A stretch of DNA of 62,077 bases, counting the filler. It is 13 parts of 13 records of this genome, joined end to end, with 100 filler letters (N's around TTAATTAATTAA, not from the genome) between each part and the next. Parts side by side here need not be neighbours in the genome. Positions count along the whole stretch, not along the records: positions 35,764 to 40,342 come from SRR15195285_7538; positions 40,443 to 44,175 come from SRR15195285_7549; positions 44,276 to 48,113 come from SRR15195285_7565; positions 48,214 to 53,548 come from SRR15195285_7577; 9 more parts are not named here. The stretch is one strand, 5' to 3'. Made by a program: the position numbers and the translations under genes. Below, piece by piece: positions 36,755-48,342 of the stretch. Below the pieces are notes generated by a model. The model ran no database searches. It was not told the origin of the DNA and was given only the letters and a program-made list of their open reading frames with translations. How positions within the stretch are numbered: the first letter of the stretch is position 1; each line of letters begins with the position of its first letter.

Positions 36755-39700
36755 CTAGTGCACTGCTATCACAGACAGCACGCGCGCTGAGTACCCACAT
36801 CCGACCGCTGTCTCCGTACACAAATGGTGCGTTGTACGCGTTGCCGCAACCTTCTCACCGTCTAGCATCAGTGTTGTCTGCGCCGCGGCAGGGCCACGGC
36901 TCTGCACGCAGAGTGTTGCCTGCGTGTTGCATGGCACTGTGACCGACACTGCGTCTGGTGTGGCTGCAACTACGATAGGTCCTCGAATCGTAGGCACTGT
37001 AGCATTGACAAATTCAAGGTTCGCTAGCTGTGGTTTCACTGTGAATGTCGACCAGGCGACTCCAGTCTGCTTCACACCAACAACCCCGTGGATAATGCCA
37101 GAGAGGGCGCCGGTCCTGCGAGTCGCAACACCACGGGCACCGAGTCAACACACCGAGGCATTCAGCGATACTCTCGGTGTAGAACTTACCCCCATGGATG
37201 TGAGAGAGTTTGGCCATTAGCGCGCGAGCTGTCTAGACTCTCTCGCGTCATTGTAGCGTTGAATTTCTTGATCTCTGCACACCAGCTCCAGTCATCACAT
37301 TTGGTCAACGCGGTGAGCATGGCTGTGCCGTCATCTCCGGTGTGCATTGCCAACGCATTCATGTAGAAGTGGGAGCCAAAGTCACCAATCTGGACTAGGC
37401 CCCATTTAGCAAGTTCATCCCAGACGTTCGAAAGCCACTCCTCGGGAACGATGCCAAGCGAAGTAGTGAAGTAATTCGTCGTGACACCACTGTGCTTGTT
37501 CACCTTCGGATCCGCACATGGCCCGTCACAGAAGTGCTTGGCGTTTCGGTCACCGAGCTGCATTATGAAGGCCTTCTTCATCGCGGCCGCTTGCTGACCG
37601 TATCTAGTAGAATTCTCGGTGTAGCCAGCAGCTGCTGCCATCTCTGCGAGTGCTTCCAACCCCCGGATTGCAAACGAATTCGACACAGATGCGTGAGCGG
37701 AGTTCACAAACATTTCCGTCGAGGCTGGTGGATCCCATGAGTACAGATGCCGACCTATTGTGGTGTTGATTAGCCCTGTCGAGTCGACTAGTGCAATCTG
37801 CGTGCGCTCATACATCCATGTCTCAAATGTCCGGAACAAGTCAACCGATCCTGTTGCCATGTAGTCCTGGTATCCGAGTAAGGGTGCCATCTGCTGCCAC
37901 TCCACAGGCCATGTTGGAACCTCCAGCACCCACCCAAACGAGTGGCGATTCAGCATCTGATCGGACTGAACCAGCGCGCGGTTACTCCCTCCAATCAGCC
38001 CATCGCACTCGTAAGGCCGCCGCTCTCGCGCGTTCGAGTCTGTCAACGTGTCGACCACACCAGCCTCGAGAGTCCACCTCGCTAGCTCGTGTACCTGATT
38101 AAGCATCTTGTCGCTACTCATAAAGTTTGAGTCCGCAGCAACATACTCGTAATTCACACGCCATGCAGCAACAGTAAAACTCTTGGGAATCTCCCCAGAC
38201 AGCACTTCAATCGCAAGATACCTGCACTCAATGAGCGCACAACTGCAACCTCAGTAGCTGACAACACCGACCACCACGGCAGGAAGCAAACTCCTATCTT
38301 TGAGTGAGAGTGAAATAGCAGAGTGGTCTGCCGATTCGGGCACTGGCAAGATGGGTCGCTACACTGTACCTGAAGATCATGTAATTGTGCTGCTCAATTG
38401 TCTGGTGGCCATCGCGAAGCGTCCAGTTGAACGAGTAACCCCATGTGTGCGTTGGGTCCAACCTATCATGACAAACACGGCAAAAATTGAAAACGTATCA
38501 AAGGTAGGTGCTGTGTGCCGACGCAGGAGCGTGCGTTACCTGCTTTGCGTTGTGTCGTCAAAAGTACCGTTTGGTAGCAACAGTTCCGACGCGATGAAAC
38601 GCATCATCGTGCCTGCCTTGGCAGAGTCAACATTGAGGATGACTCCGCCCTGGAACTCTTTCCCAAAGTCGACAAAGAAGGACGTGGGATGAGTTTTGTT
38701 CTGCTGGACAGGTGCAGGCGGCAAGCGCTGGACGACCAACGGCCTTGCCATCTTGGCCACGAGCTGACTCGTGCCAGTCTGATTGTCGTCGCCTTCTGAG
38801 AATCTAGAACGTTTCGCTGCTGGCCATGGAGGAGAAAGGCTGGTGTTCGTCTTCCAGTCAACAACTTCTTTGGAAGCATCGATGTTTTCAAGCACCTTGT
38901 TATACGCCGTCTCTCCGGATAAAAAGCTGACCTTCACGGCTGGGGCAGTAGGGTTTCGGTAGGCATCCTGTGGCAGCGCATCCCATTGGCTACCACCAGT
39001 TGATATTGTGGCGGTTGTACCGTCCCCAAAGGTGAGCTCTAGCTGTGCAAGCAGCCCGCCGCCGTCAACATTTATATCCTTGCATGCGTGAAGATCACAG
39101 GGTGCTTGAAACAGCGGCGCCATCGCCTCGACGGCAAGAATGCTGTCGGGAGTGATCGTGCTGGTGACGTCCACGGCAGTGTAGGGCGCGCGCAGGAACG
39201 TGGGGTTGGCCGACAAAATATCAGCCTCACCACGGCCTGGCCCGAGCGACACCAGCTTGCCGTCGATGTAAAATTTGTACGAGCCCAGCATAGTCGGCTC
39301 TTGCCAAGCGGTGACGAAAAGCAGAGCAGTGGTGATGTGCTTGCCGCTTGCGACGGATTTGACCGCTGTGGAGCGCAGATTTGCGTAATGCTGAGACGCA
39401 CTGACGTCAGCTGCCCAAATCCACGTAGCCGCTGGGTCAAAGCCGTCCCACAGCGCCGTGACGAATGTCGCAGGTTCAGATGGCACCCCGCTGTCACAGC
39501 TGACTGTCCACAGGTATGCAGCGCCTGGCCGCAGCTTCGCACGGCCGTCGACTTCAACGTTTATGCTCTCTGCACTTTCGACCGGCCCTGAATTCCACAC
39601 AGTTTGGTTGGTCGCGGCGTCAGTGATGTCGATAGCGTAGGTGCGCTGCATCCTGGGCAGCAGCTGCGCGGGAGCTACGCTGCTGTCAACGGCAGCAGGT

Positions 39701-39927
39701 GGTACTGCCCACGAGAAGCGCAGCGTGGGTCCCACAGCCAGAGCTGGAGAGCGTTGGTAGTTGACTTGCAGCTGCTGCGGCCGTGCGCCGCCGCCACGGC
39801 CGCCGCCGACGCCGGTTCTATGATGTGTATGTGCCGGCGCTGCGGCAGCAGAGGGCAGAATCTCGCTACATGTACCAGCCAAGTACGCGAGCGCCGTCAA
39901 CACTCGTGCACGCGCTGTCAGTGCCAT
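36755..39927 (-). CDS. Secreted alpha-L-rhamnosidase (GH78), 4 exons (39927-38540, 38462-38370, 38221-37190, 37115-36755), ~957 aa
   Basis: Signal peptide; LRFSW and VWNSGPVES; FFVDFGKEFQGG; spliced YMIFR|YLAIE; catalytic-region TDSNARERRPYECDG; TMTRE; SHPWG. A 93-nt exon not in the ORF track links the frames, total 2874 nt. Confidence 0.9.
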
Positions 39928-40824
39928 CCTATATGGACTAGTCGGCGCGAGAACGACTACTTATATACACACCGCGCGACCCAGGTGTACGTGCGTGAGT
40001 TCCTACGTATACACGCACGTGTACTTCTACTAGGTGAATACTAGTAGTATGTCGTCCATCCCCCGGCGAGCGCGTCGCGCCGCGCGCGTCCCGGCGGCGT
40101 CGTCGCGACGCGTCCTCGCACTATGCGCATACCTGGTATTCGAATAGTACTAATATATTTGCCGAACCTGGGCACTGCTTACCGCTCCTGATCCTGCTTT
40201 TCGAGTTTTGACATTTGTTTTAAAAAGAACGTGTAGATCTGTCCGGTGTACATTAGAACATGTAGGAATACGCTACTACTTCATTCAATACCTAGTAGAG
40301 GTTGAAACTCGTTTAAAGATGGACCCTCAGGGCGTGTACGAANNNNNNNNNNNNNNNNNNNNNNNNNNNNNNNNNNNNNNNNNNNNTTAATTAATTAANN
40401 NNNNNNNNNNNNNNNNNNNNNNNNNNNNNNNNNNNNNNNNNNCCTCGAATCACTGCATTTTCTCGCAGATTACCCAGCAAATTGGCATTGTTTTCACTCT
40501 GCTGAGGACTGAATCCTAACCCGGCCTGTGATACTAGATCTATTCATAGTACTGGTATGTCTACTGAATGTGTTTTCGCTGAAACTGTTAACGTCGCTCG
40601 CTGTGGGCGCTACGGTACGTGGGCGCGTTACGTCCCGGTGGGGCGCCCCGCAGGCGCAGCCCGGCTCGATTTCGCACTGACCCGGCGGCTCTGAGGGTAA
40701 CGAAAGGTGCTGCGGCTCCCGAGGAAGGAGGGCTTCGCGTTCTGGGGGTCAGGAGGGAACGCACTGGGGGGTGTGGCGCCGAAACCGGTTTGGGGTGGAT
40801 CCTCCCGCCGTTGTTGTGGTGGGG

Positions 40825-42094
40825 ATGAGCCTGGGCATGATGAGCGCCGCGCAGCTCTCGCCGGCGGAGGCGGTGAGCATGTCGGCGCTGCTCGATGACT
40901 GCTGCGAGAAGCTCGCGTTTCTGGGGACGATCTCGCCGGATGTCAACGAGCACAAGATGGAGGAGAGCAACCGGATCGGCGACGAGATGTCGCGGATCAT
41001 CGCGGAGCAACGGCAGCTTGAGGATAAGTTTGAGCAGCTCATCCAGCAGCGCTCGGAGCTGAAGGCTTCCAGTAACAAGAAGCGGGCGGAGGAGAACAAG
41101 GAGGAGATCAAAGAAGTGGCGCGGCAGCTGAAGCTGAAGACCAAGCTCTTGTGTCGCAACCTAAAGGTGAGAACAGCGACCGCTGTGCCTGCGCCGCCGC
41201 TGCGGTTGTTTGTTTGCTCGACGTCCTTGCACTCACGCACCTCGCCGCGCGCAGGACAACCCGAACGTCGCGGAGAATCTGATGAAGCTGCAGGGGGACC
41301 GAAAGCAGCTGGAGAACTTGCTGCGGCTTACGATCGAGGAGTTGCGCGACGGGAGCTTTAATACGCTTGACGAGCGGGTTGCGGAGGACCAGGCGGAGTT
41401 CGAGCGCATTGAAAACAAAAAGCGGCGTGAGCAGGAGGCCACACTGGCGGTGAAGACACTGCAGGAGGAGCTTGAGCATGAGCAGGCTCAGCATGCGTCT
41501 GAGGTGACGAAGGAGGCGGCGGTGATCTCCAAGCTGAAGGATCAGCTGCATGAACTACGCTCGACGTCATCGTTTAGCACAAAGCTGCTCACGAAGGAGT
41601 TCGCAGCGCATATACAGTCGCAGGTGCGACAGTTTAGCAAGAAGGAGTGCGATCTGGAGGACAAAGCGGCCGCAATGAAGGCAGAGATAGAGATGGAAAC
41701 AAAGGTCCATGCTGAGATCATGCGGTTCCTGAAGAAGACGAAGGACGATCTCGGGGAGAAACTAGAGATGTGGGAGGCGAAGTCGGCAGAGGACCAGACA
41801 AATCTGGCCGCAGAGGTGGAAAGGATCGACGAGGAACACGCGAAGGATGTCATCAAGAAAAACGAGTACGAGGAGAAAAAGGCGGAGGCGGAGGCGGAGC
41901 GCGAGGCGCGCGAGGCGGAGGAGCGCCGGTTGCGCGAGCTGGAGGAGATGCAGCGAAAGGAGAAGGAGCTTCACGACTTCCACTCCACGAAGATCCAGGC
42001 CGCGTGGAGAGGCTACCAGGTGCGCAATGCGAACAAGCCGAAGGGCAAGAAGGGCAAGAAGGGCAAGGGTGGGAAGAAGAAAAAGAAGAAATGA
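40825..42094 (+). CDS. DRC9: Dynein regulatory complex subunit 9 / IQ domain-containing protein G, 2 exons (40825-41166, 41255-42094), ~393 aa
   Basis: Long coiled coil; spliced LCRNLK|DNPNVAENLMKLQGDR; IQ motif IQAAWRGYQVR followed by a KGKKGKK tail typical of IQCG/DRC9. Confidence 0.8.
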
Positions 42095-42543
42095 TGAAGT
42101 TGTGTCCCCTCCCCCAAATTGTCTGGGTTTGTCTCTTTGCATAGGTTGTACGCACGAAATGGAAAGCCAGTATGCAATACACATCTCGCGCGGAGCCTAC
42201 GCGTACGACTGGCACTCCATTGTGGACCTCTGTTAGACAAACTGCCTTGTGTTTGCGGTCGGCTGTCAAGAAGTGGTCGTCTGTGCGCGTGCTACTAGTA
42301 TGCACCGACGTTTGCACAAACGCTCTCGAAATGGATTTCTGTCTCCGTGCTAGATTTCATAGCCGAAGAATCGTGCCAGATGATCACAGGTATTGCCCTT
42401 TAAGAAGCACTCAGATGCTAGCACCCTGCCCTCGGCGCTTCGAACTACAGGTAAATGAGCAGCCGATGGCCCTCGATTAAACCGTTTAAATGAAATGTAT
42501 GAAATCTAACACATAGCCCCGAATGGCGTGAAGGCGCGGCTGC

Positions 42544-43634
42544 TTAATCAAACATCATCGCTCCCAACATCATGCCCCCCACGAGACCACTGCCCACACC
42601 CATGCCACCACCGCCGTAGCCGCCACCGCCGTAGCCGTAACCGCCGTACACGGGCTGCTGGTGGTGCACGTGGACTACCTGCGGCTGTTGCTGCTGCATC
42701 ATCGGCTGCTGCATCATCTGCTGTTGGGGCATCGCAGTGGCCATCTGCGGCACGATAACAGCAGTCGAGGTGCGCCTCGCTTCAGACCAATGCACGCGTG
42801 GCGATCGCCCCGCGTGCCAGTAAACGCGGAGCGTTCTGTTCTCAAAAATGAGTGAAGAGGCGGCACGGTAGGCAGAGTGACTGTACCTGGGCTTGCGGTG
42901 GCGGGTTAGTCGGGACCTGCACGTGGAAAGTTTGCCCTGGCCCAACGCCGGCCGGAACAGCGACCTGGAACGGAGTGCCACTTGGCCCCTGGATCTGCAC
43001 TGGCGTCCCCGCCCCAGCCCCGGCAGGGCATGTCACAGCCATAAGCTGATGTCCAGGCATCGCCTGCGGCATAGGCTGTGCTGGCGTCGCCGTCTGCGGC
43101 TGCTGATACTGCATGGGCTGTGCAGTCGGCTGCGCGCTCGGCTGCTGGTACTGCGGCGCGGGCGCCTGCGCCTGGTACTGCGGCGGCGCCTGCGCCTGCG
43201 CCTGGTACCCCGGCGGCGCCTGCGCCTGGTACCCCGGCGGCGGTGCAGCGCCCGCTTGTGGCGCGTAGGCGGGCGGCGCGGCTGCTGGCGTCGCCTGCAC
43301 CACCTGTCCACACAGACACCACAGCAAGAAGCTCAGCGGCAGCGACACGAGCGGCTCCCACCCACCCATCCACCCACCCACCACCCCCACCACCACCCCA
43401 CCCCCCTCCCCGCTTTCCGCGGCTTCACGAGAGCAAGCAAGATGGCGGCTGCGACAGAAACGAGAGAAGCGCGAACAAGAAGACGACGAACAAGAAAGGC
43501 GACGACGAGAACGACGACGACGACGACGATAACGACGACGACGAAGCAGACCGCGCGCCCGTCCAGTACGGACGAAGCGCACTCACCTGCCCCTGCACCA
43601 CCGGCTGTGCTCCGTACCCTGGCGGCGCCGACAT
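42544..43634 (-). CDS. Pro/Gln/Gly-rich small protein, 3 exons (43634-43587, 43303-42887, 42744-42544), ~221 aa
   Basis: Two phase-0 GT-AG introns. PPGYQAQA repeats, a V.CP.GAG.G..VQI..P.G..FQV.VP.GV.PGQ.F.VQV module and a C-terminal GLVGGMMLGAMM glycine-zipper-like tail. Confidence 0.75.
43365..43545. repeat. Intronic microsatellites (CCAC/CCA)n and (GAC)n
   Basis: Visible tandem runs inside intron 43586-43304. Confidence 0.8.
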
Positions 43635-44301
43635 CTCTAGGCTAATAAAAACACCCCAAACGTTCACAGGCGGGCTCAGGGTTCAATCCGCAGGCGGGGC
43701 CCCCCAGAATCACCGTAATATCAATACTGGTGTGCGAAAAAAAACAGTGTCTCGGGGTGTCCGCGGAGTGTGCTGTAGTTATCAGTGCGTTCTATGTACT
43801 CCACGAGAATGCAACCCAGCTTGTGACGAACGTGCTCGCCTTCACGCTTGGTACATAGAGAACTCACTGAGAAATACAGGGGACTCGAGTTGACCACCAC
43901 GAGTCGATACATTTGTTCCGAAGATCACTCCTGAAATGTCATAGTTATGACGGCGTCTGTGGACTGAATTCTGGCCCGTGAGAAAACCCCTTCAAGCGCA
44001 AGGGGTCGGGTCAAATGCAAATTGATACAAGCTCGTTCTAAAACCCTGTGATATAGTATTGATAATCATGTGCATTATTACGAGTATTTCCAGACAAATC
44101 AGCCCTGGGTCAGGCAAATGCTGCCGAAGCAGTCTTGCGTAAATAGGCCAAATGCACCGAGTCGCTGGGTCAGCCNNNNNNNNNNNNNNNNNNNNNNNNN
44201 NNNNNNNNNNNNNNNNNNNTTAATTAATTAANNNNNNNNNNNNNNNNNNNNNNNNNNNNNNNNNNNNNNNNNNNNGGGGGGGGGGGGGGGGGGGGGGGGG
44301 G

Positions 44302-45234
44302 ATGGAGGAGATGCAGGAGAAGATGCAGACGCTGCTCGCGAACGCGGAGTACGCCGAGAACTTGCCGCCCGAGGGCAAGGAGCGCGTGGAGAAGCTGCGC
44401 GCCCTGAACACGAAGCATGAGGAGATCGAGTTGGAGTACGAGGAGCGTCGGAAGGAGCTCGAGCTGGAGTTCAACCGTAGGTACCAGCCGCTGTACGACC
44501 AGCGCGCAAAGGCCATCGCGGGCGAGGAGGCCGAGCGGGCGGGGATGGGTGAGTTCTGGCTGGTGGCCATGACGAACTCGGAGGTGGTTAGCGAAATTAT
44601 CCAAGACAAGGACCGCCCTGCGCTCAAGTCCCTGCGGGACATCAAGTGCGTCCTCAGCGAGGAGGACGCGATGAGCTTCACGCTCGAGTTCCACTTCGGC
44701 CCGAACGAATATTTCAAAAATGATGTGCTTCAGAAGACATACAGCCTAATCGACGACGACGAGCCGATCCTCGAGCGCGCAGAGGGCACTGTGATCGACT
44801 GGAAGCCGGGTAAGAACCTGACGGTCAAGACGCTGAAAAAGAAGGTGCCGAACAAGAAGGGCGGCAAGCCGATCACGAAGACGAAGCAGGAACCGTGCGA
44901 CAGCTTCTTCAACTTCTTCTCTCCGCCGGACCTCGACGAGCTGGAGGATCTAGACGAGGAGCAGGAGGAGCAGATCCACGAGTTCATTCAGGCAGACTTC
45001 GAGGTCGGCGCCGCATTCCGTGAGCGGTTAGTCCCGCATGCGGTACTGTGGTTCACTGGTGAGGCTATGGACGAACAGCTGGAGTACGAGGAAGACGACG
45101 AGGAGGATGAAGAAGAGGAAGAGGAGGTGGAGGAAGTGGCCCCGCGGTCAAGAGGCAAGGGAGGCGGCAAGGGAGGCAGAACCAAGCCAGTCGGAGGGGC
45201 GAAGGAAGGCGACCAAGAGTGCAAACAACAGTAA
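44302..45234 (+). CDS. NAP1: Nucleosome assembly protein 1 (NAP family histone chaperone)
   Basis: YQPLYDQRAKAI, EFWLVAM, FTLEFHFGPNEYFKN, GTVIDWKPGKNLT, SFFNFFSPP, acidic tail and C-terminal CKQQ prenylation-type motif. Confidence 0.95.
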   Translation: MEEMQEKMQTLLANAEYAENLPPEGKERVEKLRALNTKHEEIELEYEERRKELELEFNRRYQPLYDQRAKAIAGEEAERAGMGEFWLVAMTNSEVVSEIIQDKDRPALKSLRDIKCVLSEEDAMSFTLEFHFGPNEYFKNDVLQKTYSLIDDDEPILERAEGTVIDWKPGKNLTVKTLKKKVPNKKGGKPITKTKQEPCDSFFNFFSPPDLDELEDLDEEQEEQIHEFIQADFEVGAAFRERLVPHAVLWFTGEAMDEQLEYEEDDEEDEEEEEEVEEVAPRSRGKGGGKGGRTKPVGGAKEGDQECKQQ

Positions 45235-45359
45235 CTTGTAGCATTGACGTCGCTCTCCTATGCCTGCCGTCGAGCTTTGGCAGCCGAGCAGGCTTTAGCC
45301 GCGAGCTGCCCGACGTCGCAGGCTTCGGCTCAGCCGAGCACAGCTCACCTCGCGTCAAC

Positions 45360-48080
45360 TCAGCCGGTGGCAGCTGTCTTGAGGCCATCGAGATCGACTG
45401 GGTTCCAGCCCGCCGACCCACCCCCACTGTCCTGCATCCACACGAGGTTCTCTTTTGTGTCGATTGCTATGCTCGCACTGCCAAACTGATAGATCCGGCT
45501 CCCATCTCCGCGCGTGCGGGTGGTTGGCATGAAAACCACGTCACACTGCTCCGCAAATCGCTCCACGACATCCTTGTAAGTGAGCCGCTGCGGATTGTCG
45601 GGCTCGCCAGCCTCTCCACTGGATGTCTCAGCGCCCGGCGCTGCAGCGCCGAGAGCGAACGAGTAGTGCCCGTGCTCATCGAAGCGCGGTGGGAACGGCT
45701 TCGCCGGCGGGGCGATCACAGTGCCTGCAGACCCAACCTCAAGAAATTCGTTGAACATCCCCAACGCCTGATCGAGCATCGCTTGTACCGCTGAGTCAGC
45801 TTGCACCTCGACGCCCAGCGCAGTTTTCCAGCCTTCGTACCATGCCATCACCTTTTCAAGATCTGCCGGTTGAGATCCTGATGTTTCTGCCCCGATCTCC
45901 ACGGCTCTGCTGTTGCAGGTGCTGGGGCACAACCAGCCTCTCAGCGCAACCAGCCATTTATAGAGCAGCTCCTGCTCGATGAGCGACGCGTACACGCCCT
46001 TCGGCAACTGCTTGTCCCAGCGCTTGGCCCACAGAAATGGCCCAAATCCTGAGCCTCCTCCCTCGGGCACTGTAGGATCCAACGCTGCAGAACGAAGGCT
46101 CTGGACGAGCGGCGGAACGATATGGTCAAGCATCAGCCGATCCCACATGCGATCGTCGAAGATTCCATGCCACGGTGCAAGCACCACGTGCGCAGACGGA
46201 TCCTGCGGCTGCCAAGCGGACAGCACCGAGCTAAGCTTCTGCTTAATCATCGGCGTGAGCTGCAAGATCCTGTCCCCAGCTACTGGTAGCCACGGGTGCA
46301 ACCAATGGTGGATGGGAACTGTTGCTGCGCGTGGGTTCCACCTTTCGACCTCTCGTCGGAGCTTGGGCATAATAAGCTGATCGAGAATGTTGTCCAGCAA
46401 GTCTGCACATATCAGTGGCTGCCAACCCTGCAACAGCTCCACCATCGAAGCGGCTTTGACACATTCCCACTCATTCGTGATGCAACGCCTCAGCCTTGTC
46501 ATCAGAGCCTCGTTGATGCACGACGAGAATAGGTCACTGTACTCGCCGAGCTCAGCTGTTTGGTCCTGACCAGTCCCGAGGCCTCCAACTGCATTTCCAT
46601 ATCCGTGCTGCATCGGCTGCAGGCCCTGCACGGTTAACAGTCGTTGCCATCGAGCGAGCTGTTCGATTCCCCGCAGGGGCTCTTTCAACGGCTGCCATGA
46701 GGCACCAAACATCTTCTTCAGGACGGGGAGCAAAACCGGCACCGCCAACTGGTGCAGGCCGTGGGTCAGGGACTCATTGCGGTACCGCGTGATGATCTGC
46801 TCAAATATGTCACCTGTCGCATCGAGCACGCTGTCCCCGCCTCTCTTGACAAGGCGCTGCATTTCATCCACTAACGAGACCAAGTTGCGAAGACGCTCGG
46901 CTGACTCTGCCTCGGCAGCTACTGCCGCCTCCAAGCGCTGCTGACTCTGCCGCTGCGCCGTCAAGGACTGCTTCTCGCCCTTGAGCCGCCGGTCCGCATC
47001 GTGAATTTCTACCTCTACCAAGTCAAGCAACAGCCGAGTGTTGTATCGCATCTCCGCAAATTGGGACTCCATCTGCGGATCATCCGGTACCTCACTTAGT
47101 TCGCCCAAGTCCGTGACAACTCGTTTCTGCGGCCCACGCATGTCGACGACGAGCTGCGGCTTGGCGAGGCCAGCTGCTTCACGCTCCTCGGCTGTGAGTT
47201 CTGCAACGGTCTTGTACACTACCTTCTTCTTGGCCACCTTGTTCGACTTCTTCCACGCGGAGCTAGACCTGGCTTTCTTGTCCTGCTTCGGCCTTGTCGC
47301 CCGTGCCTTCTCCTTCTCAAGCTCCTCTTTGTCCACGTCTGTCGGGAAGTCCTCCTTCTGCTGCTGCGTTCTCTCGCCCGACTCCTGTAGACCTAATCCT
47401 GGCTTGCGTACCTGGACTTCAATTGGCCGCGCCAAACCCTTGCCAGATGTCCCAAGCGTTCCTTTGAAGCCCATCTTCATCAGCAGCTTAAAGCCGATAC
47501 CTTTGCTGCCCTGCTCCAGCGTCTGTAGGCGATGCAGCTGCTCTGGATCGATCGCCTTGGTCATCTCCTGCACCTTTGGGTCCACCGCTGCTTTCGACTC
47601 GGTCTTGCGCCGCTGGCGTTCCTCCGCCTCCTCACGCAGCCGCCGCTGTCTGGCCTGCTGCTTTGTGAGGAACCCCTGTGGCAGCATCGAGCGAACCTCG
47701 TCGTCCTCGTCGTCAGCGTCGCCCTCGGCATCGGGCCCCACGTCCTGGGTGCTGCTGGCGCCCAGGCCTGCGGTCATGCCAAGCCCGGCGCTGGCCCCGA
47801 GGCCTGCGTTCGCGCCGAGCCCCGCCGTCGCGCCGAGGCCCGGCCTGCCCTGGACGAAGGGCTCGTCTGCAGTGTCCAGCTTCTCGGTGCTTTGCCCGGT
47901 GGTGGTGGCCGGCGCGAAGCTGATGGGCTTGTTGTACTGCTTGCTGCGCTTTCGACGCGCCTCGGCATCCTCCTGTGGCTCCTCCTCGTTGAAGACACCG
48001 TAGATCGCATCCTCCTTGGAGCGCTTCTTCGACGTCTGGCCGAACCCGCGGAAGCCCTCCATCCGCTCCTCATCGGACAT
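45360..48080 (-). CDS. TFIP11: Tuftelin-interacting protein 11 (Ntr1/Spp382 spliceosome disassembly factor)
   Basis: N-terminal SKEDAIYGVF; G-patch GIGFKLLMKMGF..GKGLARPIEV; DMRGPQ; GCFC-like ILDQLIMPKL..WNP..PIHHWLHPWLP; WYEGWK; C-terminal F.P...IYQFG. Confidence 0.93.
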   Translation of the reverse strand: MSDEERMEGFRGFGQTSKKRSKEDAIYGVFNEEEPQEDAEARRKRSKQYNKPISFAPATTTGQSTEKLDTADEPFVQGRPGLGATAGLGANAGLGASAGLGMTAGLGASSTQDVGPDAEGDADDEDDEVRSMLPQGFLTKQQARQRRLREEAEERQRRKTESKAAVDPKVQEMTKAIDPEQLHRLQTLEQGSKGIGFKLLMKMGFKGTLGTSGKGLARPIEVQVRKPGLGLQESGERTQQQKEDFPTDVDKEELEKEKARATRPKQDKKARSSSAWKKSNKVAKKKVVYKTVAELTAEEREAAGLAKPQLVVDMRGPQKRVVTDLGELSEVPDDPQMESQFAEMRYNTRLLLDLVEVEIHDADRRLKGEKQSLTAQRQSQQRLEAAVAAEAESAERLRNLVSLVDEMQRLVKRGGDSVLDATGDIFEQIITRYRNESLTHGLHQLAVPVLLPVLKKMFGASWQPLKEPLRGIEQLARWQRLLTVQGLQPMQHGYGNAVGGLGTGQDQTAELGEYSDLFSSCINEALMTRLRRCITNEWECVKAASMVELLQGWQPLICADLLDNILDQLIMPKLRREVERWNPRAATVPIHHWLHPWLPVAGDRILQLTPMIKQKLSSVLSAWQPQDPSAHVVLAPWHGIFDDRMWDRLMLDHIVPPLVQSLRSAALDPTVPEGGGSGFGPFLWAKRWDKQLPKGVYASLIEQELLYKWLVALRGWLCPSTCNSRAVEIGAETSGSQPADLEKVMAWYEGWKTALGVEVQADSAVQAMLDQALGMFNEFLEVGSAGTVIAPPAKPFPPRFDEHGHYSFALGAAAPGAETSSGEAGEPDNPQRLTYKDVVERFAEQCDVVFMPTTRTRGDGSRIYQFGSASIAIDTKENLVWMQDSGGGSAGWNPVDLDGLKTAATG

Positions 48081-48342
48081 GGCGCCCAGCCCGCGAGGCT
48101 CTCAGTGCGAGCANNNNNNNNNNNNNNNNNNNNNNNNNNNNNNNNNNNNNNNNNNNNTTAATTAATTAANNNNNNNNNNNNNNNNNNNNNNNNNNNNNNN
48201 NNNNNNNNNNNNNTCGCCGACCCAGGAATCACATTGTGATAGCCCGACGAGGGGGGACGACGCCGCGGCGCGGGCGCGAGGCGGCGAGCGAGGGGGATCG
48301 ACGGACGGCGAGAGGGTCGGCGTACAAAAGCCCGACGCAGGG

